From positions 16,754-80,753 of IMG/VR virus record IMGVR_UViG_3300026531_000001: DNA of 64,000 nt. One strand, 5' to 3'. The position numbers and the translations under genes were made by a program. The stretch is from a virus. Numbering within the stretch: the stretch's first letter is position 1; every line of letters begins with the position of its first letter. Of this stretch, positions 38,816 through 46,797 are shown piece by piece. Below the pieces are notes generated by a model. It saw nothing but the letters and a program-made list of their open reading frames with translations. It ran no database searches and was not told where the DNA came from.

Positions 38816-39251
38816 CTGCCCGATGGATGCAGATCCAGTGGAGCTTTACACTCCTGTGGTGCGTAAGGCGCGAAAACCGCACCTTTGCTACGAGTGCAGC
38901 CAGGTGATTGCGCCCGGGACAACGTACACGTACGTGAGCTACAAGGCAGAAGGCGAGTTTTTCAATCACAAGTTTTGCGGAACGTGCTGGGAGCTTTCGC
39001 AGTTTGCCGTTCGGATCGGGATCGAGGTGGTGTTCGGCGAACTGTGGGAAGCGCTACACGCATGCGGCCGGGACCTGATTGCGCGGCGGTTCGCGCTCTT
39101 CAACTATGACCGCGCCTACGCGCACCGGCAACTTGTGCAGCGGGGGAAGCTGAGCGAAGAAGCTGCCGATGTATTGCTCAACAGGGTGTACAAGCTTGCA
39201 TTCAGGGAGGAGGGCGATCGGGATGGGAAAGACAACGATCGAGTGGGTTGA
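38802..39251 (+). CDS. Zn-finger protein (KARKxHxCxEC)
   Basis: RKARKPHLCYEC...FCGTC motif. Confidence 0.65.
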   Translation: MIGSSCPMDADPVELYTPVVRKARKPHLCYECSQVIAPGTTYTYVSYKAEGEFFNHKFCGTCWELSQFAVRIGIEVVFGELWEALHACGRDLIARRFALFNYDRAYAHRQLVQRGKLSEEAADVLLNRVYKLAFREEGDRDGKDNDRVG

Positions 39252-39612
39252 GGAGACTGGGAACCCGCCGACGCATGACCAGCTGTACTTGCTCGTCCTC
39301 TACCACGAAGGCGACACCCCGCCTGAAGTGCTTGTGGGCCGGCAGGTCAGGGACCTGCTCGGTTCGCGTGTATGGCCGGAGGTTATGACCACATACCGGA
39401 TGTGGCTGGAGCCGCACGCCCACAAGATGGGGATGAATGGCAAATACACCGTGGCGGCGTATGAGCTGCGTGGATGCTTGCACGGCGAGCTGAGAGCAAC
39501 GTTGGCGCGGGTCTACTGGGCAGGCGGGCGCGTAGGTCGCCTGAAGACCACGCTGCAGCCGCCCAGCTGGGTGGCGGAGAGGGGGGAGGACCATGGGCAA
39601 GACGGCGATTGA
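39223..39612 (+). CDS. Hypothetical protein with a Gp37Gp68-derived N-terminus
   Basis: MGKTTIEWVEETGNP followed by a body paralogous to 38471. Confidence 0.6.
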   Translation: MGKTTIEWVEETGNPPTHDQLYLLVLYHEGDTPPEVLVGRQVRDLLGSRVWPEVMTTYRMWLEPHAHKMGMNGKYTVAAYELRGCLHGELRATLARVYWAGGRVGRLKTTLQPPSWVAERGEDHGQDGD

Positions 39613-40594
39613 GTGGGCAGAGGAGACCTGGAACCCCGTCGTTGGCTGTACGAAGGCCTCAACCGAATGCAAAAACTGCTACGCCGAACGGCTGCACAGA
39701 ACGCGGTACCGGGCGTGGCTAGACGGTTGGACGGACGCACCGGAGCAGTACCATGAGCCCTTTGAGCGCGTGCGTCTTATCGAGCGGCGGCTGGACGAGC
39801 CGAAGCGCTGGCGCAAGCCTAGGGCGGTGTTCTGCTGCTCGATGGGCGATCTGTTCCATGAGGACGTGCCGGCGCGCGACGTGCTGGCCGTCCTGAACAC
39901 GATGGAGCAGGTCAACACCGACCGCATCCACGCCGGGCGGGAGCCACACCGGTTCATGGTGCTCACCAAGCGCTCGCGGCGCATGCGCGACATCCTGGAG
40001 ACCTGGTTCGACGAGTTCCTGGCCAATAGCGTTGAGCCCACGGGCGTGTACTCGATCTGGTTCGGAGTCTCGGTGGGCGTACAGGGGTCGGTAGACCGCG
40101 CCTTCGATCTGGCGAGCATTCGCAGCCCCGTGCCGCTGGTGCGGTTCGTGAGCGCCGAGCCGCTGCTGGGGCCCGTGGGATTCGCGCAGGCGCAGCGTCG
40201 GTGCTGCGACGGCGAGTTTTACAACCTGCTCACCGGCGAACCCCTGGGGCATGACGGACAACCGCTTCCGGGGCGGATTAACTGGATCATCGTCGGTGGA
40301 GAGACTGGGCCGGGCGCGCGGCCCATGCACCCTGATTGGGCGCAGAGCTTGCGAGACGAAGCAGGCTACTATGGCGTTCCGTTTTTCTTCAAGCAGTGGG
40401 GGGAGTATGTACCGGCGTGGGGCGAAAACGATCCCACCATCTGGCTCGATAGGTACGGGGGGATTGCGACCGATCCGCATGAGCTCAGCGATCTGGAGAA
40501 CCCGATCCCAATGCGGCGCGTAGGCCGCCGGGCCGCCGGACGCGAGCTCGACGGGCTCGTGTGGGAGCAGTATCCCGCTCAGGTCACGCCCTAA
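39593..40594 (+). CDS. Phage Gp37/Gp68 (DUF5131) radical-SAM-like protein
   Basis: IEW..TWNPVVGCTKASTECKNCYA, SMGDLFH, LTKR, SAEPLLG, GGETG and PFFFKQWG motifs. Confidence 0.9.
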   Translation: MGKTAIEWAEETWNPVVGCTKASTECKNCYAERLHRTRYRAWLDGWTDAPEQYHEPFERVRLIERRLDEPKRWRKPRAVFCCSMGDLFHEDVPARDVLAVLNTMEQVNTDRIHAGREPHRFMVLTKRSRRMRDILETWFDEFLANSVEPTGVYSIWFGVSVGVQGSVDRAFDLASIRSPVPLVRFVSAEPLLGPVGFAQAQRRCCDGEFYNLLTGEPLGHDGQPLPGRINWIIVGGETGPGARPMHPDWAQSLRDEAGYYGVPFFFKQWGEYVPAWGENDPTIWLDRYGGIATDPHELSDLENPIPMRRVGRRAAGRELDGLVWEQYPAQVTP

Positions 40595-40609
40595 GCCCAC
40601 CTTCGTCTC

Positions 40610-40631
40610 TCACCGCCCCAATCTCTACGGT
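40610..40631 (+). promoter_or_regulatory. Late promoter motif (MTase), inside a hairpin
   Basis: TCACCG-N10-TACGGT. Confidence 0.6.
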
Positions 40632-40672
40632 GGGGGGCGGTGAGAGGACGAGCACCAGCTAGCGCAGCAGTG

Positions 40673-41263
40673 ATGGCGCGACGCAATGAGGGCCGCGCTG
40701 ATTCGCTTGACTATTACCCAACGCCTCCAGGGGCAACGCGCGCACTCCTGGATTGGCTTGAGGGGCGTGGGCACGCGCTTTCGGAAGCAAGGGTATTTGA
40801 GCCGGCGGCTGGTGGCGGGCACATGGCCCAAGTGCTGGCTGAGCGTTTCGCGGAAGTGACAACAGCCGATATTGTAGATTACGGCTATCCGCTTAATTGT
40901 GTAGGTGATTTTCTAAGGGGGCAGTGTGGTCAAGACGCTGATTGGTTGATTACCAACCCCCCGTTTGTACTGTTTGATGATTTTGCGATCCGGGCCGTTC
41001 GCCAGTACCCGAACGTCGCGCTGTTGGCGCGGCTACAAGCGCTTGAAGGGCAGCGGCGCTTTGCTCGCTTGTGGTCCCAGAATCCCCCATCCGACGTGCT
41101 GGTGTTTGTTAACCGCGTTTCCATGGCGAAGGGCGGTATGCCGTGGGAGGTTGGTACTAGCCATTCTGCCGTCGCGTACGCATGGTTTGTGTGGCGCCAA
41201 GCCGCAACCGGGCGCGCCGCAATAGACTGGCTGCATTATTCCGAAGACAAACCGCTTCTTTAG
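40673..41263 (+). CDS. DNA adenine methyltransferase
   Basis: DYYPTP, FEPAAGGG, ITNPPF and YAWFVW motifs; start could be GTG 40640. Confidence 0.85.
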   Translation: MARRNEGRADSLDYYPTPPGATRALLDWLEGRGHALSEARVFEPAAGGGHMAQVLAERFAEVTTADIVDYGYPLNCVGDFLRGQCGQDADWLITNPPFVLFDDFAIRAVRQYPNVALLARLQALEGQRRFARLWSQNPPSDVLVFVNRVSMAKGGMPWEVGTSHSAVAYAWFVWRQAATGRAAIDWLHYSEDKPLL

Positions 41264-41267
41264 CGAC

Positions 41268-41289
41268 TTACCACCCCCGCCCCTACGGT
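41268..41289 (+). promoter_or_regulatory. Late promoter motif (giant helicase)
   Basis: TTACCA-N10-TACGGT-N7-ATG. Confidence 0.7.
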
Positions 41290-41296
41290 GGGGGCA

Positions 41297-44200
41297 ATGC
41301 CATGGACTGCAGACCGCTACCCCGACGCTATGCGCCACCTCTCGCCACCGGTGCGTAGGCGCGCCATTCGCATCGCCAACTCATTGCTGCGCAACGGCTA
41401 CGGCGAGGGGGAGGCCATACGGATCGCTATAGCCCAGGCCAAGCACCAGCTGGCCAAGGGATACTACTTGGCCTACGACCCCAATGGGTTCGCCCTGGTC
41501 TTTTGGCTCGAGCCTGAGGCACCGCTCGCCAAAGCTGAAGGGGGATCGGACCTAGGCCCGAACGAGCGCTGGGTTACGCTCAAGCCCCATGGACCCGACC
41601 ATCCCGACTATGTGCACGTCAAGATCAAGGTCAACCCCGACGGCAGCGCCCATGTGGTCTCCGGCCCAAAGGGGTTGCACGGCTTGCGACTGACGCGCAT
41701 CGGTGGGAAGAAGGACGGCCGACGCGAGAAGGCCGACGTGCCCCCCGAGGAGATGGCGCGCCGCAAAGAGCTGGCGCAGCGACTGCAAGAGCACATCCAG
41801 GAGGCCCACCGCGCGGCCTTGGCCGCCGCCGCCCGCATCACCGGGAACCCCCACCTCGAGCGCTTGCTCGACGACGACACCCGTGAGCAGCTGCGTACGA
41901 TCGCGCAGCAGGCGGTGGGGGAGGGCCCCGAGGCGAGCCTCGGGGCGGGCCTGGCCACCGCGCGCCACGTGCGCGCCGCTACCCAAGCGATCAAGCGCAT
42001 CGAACGCCAAGTGCTCAAGCACCTGGTACGCGACCCCGATCTACGGAGCGCGGTCCTTGGCGAGCACGACGCAATCCAGCCGGAGGAGGTTCCCGGGGCG
42101 GAACCGACCCCAACCCCCAGCCGCGGCTACGGGGGGTCCATGCGCCAGATGGCCGAAGAGCACGGGCTCACGGATGAGGAGTTCGAGCGCGAGGCCGAGG
42201 ACGCTTTCCAGGCCCGGCTCGCCCAGTACGCCCCCGAGGTGCAGGCGCGCATCCTGGCGGCGCGGGAGCGCATGCGGGCTGCGCAGCCCCTGGCGCGCGA
42301 AGCCGGCGCCGCCCTGGAGGAAGCGGCACCGAAGCCCGCCGCCCCCACCCCCGAAGAGCTGCGCCAGCATGCGGACGACGTGCGCACCTTCCTGGCCGCG
42401 TCCCGCAAGCTGCGCCAGCTGCAAAGGGCGAAGCGCCGCGCCCTGCTCGGGCATGACCCCGAGGCGACCGAAGCCGAGATCAAGGCCCTGGAGGAGGCCC
42501 AGCGCGCCGAGGACGGGAGCCCGCTGGTGGTCCACGCCGAAGAGGTAGACCCCGAGCTGGCCCGCGAGCTGCAGGCGAGGATCGCCGACCTGGCCAAGGA
42601 GGACCTGACCCGCAGCTTCCTCGACACCGTGCAGCGCGCCGCTGAGCCCGGTTGGAGCTACGGGGAGCTGCGGAAGGCCCTCTACAAGCACTACGCAGCC
42701 GGAGCCTACGCGCACCTGAGCAATGTGGGTCTGGCCGTACTGGGGCACGACACCCTGGACCGGCTGGCCCTGGACGCCCTGGGCCTCGACGCCGGGGCGA
42801 AGCTCATGGCCCACGCGCTGCGCCGCGGCCTCAGCGACGAAGAGGTGGCCAAGGTGCGCAAGGCCCTTGCGGAGCATCACGACCAGACCCTCGAGCCCAT
42901 GCTCAAGGAGGCCATGGAGTGGGGCACCAAGGCGCTGGAGGCCGCCAGAGCGATCGAAATCCCGGCGATTACGGCCACCACCGACGCCCTGATGGTCATG
43001 GACCTGGTGCGCAAAAAGCGGCGCCTGCTCGAAGAGGCGTACCGCCACCTGGGGACCGCGCTCGGGAAAATGGAGGCGTCCGCCGCTCTCAACTACGCCC
43101 TGGGGCAACCTCCAAGCGACCACCTCGAGCTCGAGTTCGGCAAGAGCGCGCGCGAGGTGATCCCGGCGCTGCGGGCCCTGGGTCTGCAGCCGGGCGACTA
43201 CACCTACGACTGGGAGGGCGACCGCTTCAAGGTGCGCGTCAACCGCGCCGGCATGGACCGGCTCACCCCCGAAGCCGATCCCGAGGAGCGCGCCCGCGCC
43301 GACCGCGTGAAGGCGATCAAAGCGGGCTTGCACGACGAAGCGGACTGGCTGCCCGCCGGCTTCGCCCGGTACCCAGCCACGGCCTTCGACCAGCAGGAAC
43401 CCCCGAAGGCCAAGCGCTTGGCTCGGGCCCCCGACTTCAGCCGCGACGTGCGCGCCGGCCTTGAGGAGGCCATCGCCAGCCGGTTGGCGGACGGGTGGAC
43501 CCCCACCGAGCTAAAGCGGCTGCTCACGTCCGCGAGCTTCATCCGCGACTGGGTGCCGCCGGAGAAGATGGAGGCGTACGACCAGCACCTTGAGGAGCTA
43601 CTTCCGACGTGGGCGGGGGAAGAGGTCCGGCGCAACAAGCAGGGTGAGGAGTACCGGGTGCCGATCCCGGTGGACTACGACCGCCTCGAGGAGAAGCACC
43701 CCGAGCTGCACGAGCGGTTGCAGGGCATGGCCCGGGCATTCGTGGAGAAGGAGCACCCTGGCGAAGCCGACTTCTACAGCCAGACCGTTGCCGACACCCC
43801 CGAGGTGCGAAAGGCCCTCTACCTCACCGTCCTCGAGGACCCGCGCACTCAGGTGGCCCTCAAGCCGCTGGGCGACCTGACCCACCGCGATCAGCGGGCG
43901 ATCCGCCACTACTACCTGACCGAGGTCTTGGGCAAGAGCCCCGAGGAGCTGGCGGCGCGCAAGGAGTCGGTGCGCAAGGCCCTGGCCGCGTACGACGCCA
44001 AGCACCCCATGCCCGACAAGTGGGGCGCGCCGTCTGATGGCGGCCTCTTCGGCGACCCGCAGCCCGTGGACCCCGAGGCCCCGGTGACGCTGCGCTTTCG
44101 CCAGCACGTCGCCGCCGACCCCGACCTCAAGGCGGAGACGCTGCGCGCCATGGGCCTGGGCCACGGCGACTACGTGGAGAACGACGACGGCAGCGTCACC

Positions 44201-46525
44201 CTCACCGAGGACGGCAAGGCCAACCTCCGGGGCAACCCCTACCCGGACCGGCTGGAGAGCGACCTGCCCCTGAACCCGGACTGGGTGCGGTGGCACCGCG
44301 AGCGGCAGCAGACGGCCACCGACGCGCTCGGGGAGCAGGAGGAGCTGGTCGAGTGGAACAAGTTCGTGGAGGGCCTGGGCGGGCCGCAGCGTGCGTACGA
44401 GGCCATCCAGGAGCACATGCGCGGCCAGCTCGCCAGCCGCTACGCCCACTACCACGCCAAGCTCACCGGCCAGCCGCTGCGCCTCTCCAAGGTGGCCAAC
44501 CGCTGGGGCGAGCACTTGTGGGCCGTGCATGACCCGGCCAGCTACCGCGCCTTCAAGGACGAGATCGCCCGCCAGCAGCACGCCCTGCGCGAGCGCCAGG
44601 GTGGGAAGTTCGCCTACATGGGCGGGCGCGGCTCGCTCCTCGAGGCGTGGCGCAAGAAGAAGGAGGAGGAGCGGGCTGCGCGCATGGCGCAGGGGAGCCT
44701 GTTCGCCGGAGCGGGCGATGAGGCCCTGGACCCTGAGGCCCCGGTGCCGCACCTGGAGCGCCACGCCCTGCCCCCCGCCGTCGAGAAGCGCCTGGCCGCG
44801 ATCCTGCCGGAGGTCGCCGGCAGCGTGCACTCCGGGATGAGCCCCGTCCAGATGTACCCCGTAACCATGGGGAAGGGCACCAAGTACGTCAAGCAGCAGC
44901 GGGCGATAAAGGCCATTATCGAAGGCCAGAAGCTCGCAGCCTTCCTGGGAACGGGAAGCGGAAAGACCTCCGTCGCCATCGGCGGTTTCACCGAGCTGCA
45001 CCACCGCGGCGAGGCCCAGAAGGGCTTCTTCGTCGTGCCCTCGATCGTGCGCGACCAGTTCGGGGAGGAAATGGCGCGCGTGCTCGAGCCGGGCAAGTAC
45101 CGCTGGCACGCGCAGGAAGCCGACGGCGAGCAGCGCCGCGCGGCGTACAAGGCCCGCGACGTGCACATGGTTGCGGTCACGCACCAAGCGTTCCGCGACG
45201 ATATGCTGCGCCTCATGGCGGAGCACCACGGGGAAGACCCCGAGGCGTTCAAGCAGCGCTTCCTCGACGCCGACCTGAGCGAACGCCAGCGCCTGATGCG
45301 CGAGGCCCTGGACGCCCACGGCATCCCGCTGCACTACCTGGCCGTGGACGAGGCCCACGACGCCCTGAACCGCCAGGGGAAGGCGGAGAGCCTGCTAACG
45401 GCGGTGCTGGATACCGCGATGAGCCTTTCCAGGTACGGCACCCTCATGACCGGGAGCCCGGTCAAGAACGACGCTTCCGAGATCGGCGACTGGCTGCGCA
45501 AGCTGGACCCGAAGCGCTTCGGTGACCCGGCGGAGTTCCGGCGCCGTTACGGTGTGGACGCGCTCACCGCGCGCGAGGCCCTGAAACGGCTGGCTGACCG
45601 CTACGTCTACCACGACGTGGTGCCCTCGGGCGTCACCAAGCGGGTGGTTTGGGGGGCAGACGGCACGCAGGGCGACACGCCCAGCGGTCATGCCCCCATC
45701 CCCCTGCACCCCCAGCAGCAGGCAGGGCTCGAGGCCGTGCGCCATGCCTACCAGCGGGCCGTGCGCGCCCGCGACCGTGGCGACGTGGACGTGGACGCCC
45801 TCAAGCAGCTTTCGCCCCGGTCCTTCGAGGGCGTGCCCGAGGCCCAGCACGAGGAGATCGCTCGGCGCCTGAACCGCAGCCTGGGCGTGCTGCACGAGGC
45901 GGCCAAGGCGCGGGTGATCAACGAAACGCCGGCCGACCAGAACGCCAAAATCCAGCACCTGCTCAAGCTGGCGGACCAGCGCCGCGGCAAGGGCGGGGTG
46001 ATCTTCGCCCACAACCGCCGCGCGGTGCACGAGATCGCCCAGGCCCTCGAGCGCGCGGGTCACAAGGTGGCCGTGCTGCACGGCGGCCACAGCGCCCAGG
46101 ACAAGGCCCGCATTCGGCAGCGCTTCGATCGCGGCGAGGTGGACGTGATCGTCGCCTCGGACGCCGGGGCGACGGGGGCAAACCTGCAGCACCGGGGTGA
46201 GTGGCTGGTTCACTACGACCTTCCCATGACGCACAAGACGTGGGAGCAGCGCTCGGCGCGCATTGACCGGCTGGGGCAGAAGCGGCCGATCGAAATCCAC
46301 ACGCTGATGACCGACTCCGACCACGACCGCACCAGCCTCGAGCGCTTGGAGCGCAAGCGCCTGCTCGGGACGATCTTCCAGGGGCCCTATGAGCACATGG
46401 ACGATACCGGCCTGGCGCTGCAGCTGCAGCTGGCTGGCCTCTCCCGCCCGGAACGTCCCCGGGACGACGACCCGACGCCGCCGCCCGTGCCCCCGCCACC
46501 GCAGCAAGGGGCCCTGTTCGGGTAG
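41297..46525 (+). CDS. Giant polyvalent protein: N-terminal YdaT/ChaB-like domain, C-terminal SNF2-type helicase
   Basis: MPWTADRYP...AIRIANSLL; GTGSGKT, DEAH, TGSP, GANLQ and QRSARIDR motifs; start set from the promoter motif. Confidence 0.85.
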   Translation: MPWTADRYPDAMRHLSPPVRRRAIRIANSLLRNGYGEGEAIRIAIAQAKHQLAKGYYLAYDPNGFALVFWLEPEAPLAKAEGGSDLGPNERWVTLKPHGPDHPDYVHVKIKVNPDGSAHVVSGPKGLHGLRLTRIGGKKDGRREKADVPPEEMARRKELAQRLQEHIQEAHRAALAAAARITGNPHLERLLDDDTREQLRTIAQQAVGEGPEASLGAGLATARHVRAATQAIKRIERQVLKHLVRDPDLRSAVLGEHDAIQPEEVPGAEPTPTPSRGYGGSMRQMAEEHGLTDEEFEREAEDAFQARLAQYAPEVQARILAARERMRAAQPLAREAGAALEEAAPKPAAPTPEELRQHADDVRTFLAASRKLRQLQRAKRRALLGHDPEATEAEIKALEEAQRAEDGSPLVVHAEEVDPELARELQARIADLAKEDLTRSFLDTVQRAAEPGWSYGELRKALYKHYAAGAYAHLSNVGLAVLGHDTLDRLALDALGLDAGAKLMAHALRRGLSDEEVAKVRKALAEHHDQTLEPMLKEAMEWGTKALEAARAIEIPAITATTDALMVMDLVRKKRRLLEEAYRHLGTALGKMEASAALNYALGQPPSDHLELEFGKSAREVIPALRALGLQPGDYTYDWEGDRFKVRVNRAGMDRLTPEADPEERARADRVKAIKAGLHDEADWLPAGFARYPATAFDQQEPPKAKRLARAPDFSRDVRAGLEEAIASRLADGWTPTELKRLLTSASFIRDWVPPEKMEAYDQHLEELLPTWAGEEVRRNKQGEEYRVPIPVDYDRLEEKHPELHERLQGMARAFVEKEHPGEADFYSQTVADTPEVRKALYLTVLEDPRTQVALKPLGDLTHRDQRAIRHYYLTEVLGKSPEELAARKESVRKALAAYDAKHPMPDKWGAPSDGGLFGDPQPVDPEAPVTLRFRQHVAADPDLKAETLRAMGLGHGDYVENDDGSVTLTEDGKANLRGNPYPDRLESDLPLNPDWVRWHRERQQTATDALGEQEELVEWNKFVEGLGGPQRAYEAIQEHMRGQLASRYAHYHAKLTGQPLRLSKVANRWGEHLWAVHDPASYRAFKDEIARQQHALRERQGGKFAYMGGRGSLLEAWRKKKEEERAARMAQGSLFAGAGDEALDPEAPVPHLERHALPPAVEKRLAAILPEVAGSVHSGMSPVQMYPVTMGKGTKYVKQQRAIKAIIEGQKLAAFLGTGSGKTSVAIGGFTELHHRGEAQKGFFVVPSIVRDQFGEEMARVLEPGKYRWHAQEADGEQRRAAYKARDVHMVAVTHQAFRDDMLRLMAEHHGEDPEAFKQRFLDADLSERQRLMREALDAHGIPLHYLAVDEAHDALNRQGKAESLLTAVLDTAMSLSRYGTLMTGSPVKNDASEIGDWLRKLDPKRFGDPAEFRRRYGVDALTAREALKRLADRYVYHDVVPSGVTKRVVWGADGTQGDTPSGHAPIPLHPQQQAGLEAVRHAYQRAVRARDRGDVDVDALKQLSPRSFEGVPEAQHEEIARRLNRSLGVLHEAAKARVINETPADQNAKIQHLLKLADQRRGKGGVIFAHNRRAVHEIAQALERAGHKVAVLHGGHSAQDKARIRQRFDRGEVDVIVASDAGATGANLQHRGEWLVHYDLPMTHKTWEQRSARIDRLGQKRPIEIHTLMTDSDHDRTSLERLERKRLLGTIFQGPYEHMDDTGLALQLQLAGLSRPERPRDDDPTPPPVPPPPQQGALFG

Positions 46526-46534
46526 TCGGATTAC

Positions 46535-46556
46535 CGACCACGACGGCGTATAAGGT
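46535..46556 (+). promoter_or_regulatory. Late promoter motif (DarB-like operon)
   Basis: CGACCA-N10-TAAGGT-N7-ATG. Confidence 0.7.
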
Positions 46557-46563
46557 GGGCGCC

Positions 46564-46797
46564 ATGAAGGATGACGCCAAGCGCATACTGGCCGAGCTCC
46601 GCGCCGAGCTCGGCCGCGCGCGCATTGAGGAGGCCGCCGCCCGCGGTGCCGCCCGCGCCGTTGCGGAGCGGCACCAGGCCGCCGCCGCCGAAGCCGCCGG
46701 GGGCATCGAAGCGCCCCGCGGCAGCGCCCTCGAAGACGAGTACCTGGAGCACGTACTGAGACGCGGAACCGCCCGCGCACTGGAGGCAGCCGAATGA
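46564..46797 (+). CDS. Small Ala-rich late protein
   Basis: Leaderless behind a late promoter; ATGA-coupled to the DarB-like gene. Confidence 0.55.
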   Translation: MKDDAKRILAELRAELGRARIEEAAARGAARAVAERHQAAAAEAAGGIEAPRGSALEDEYLEHVLRRGTARALEAAE

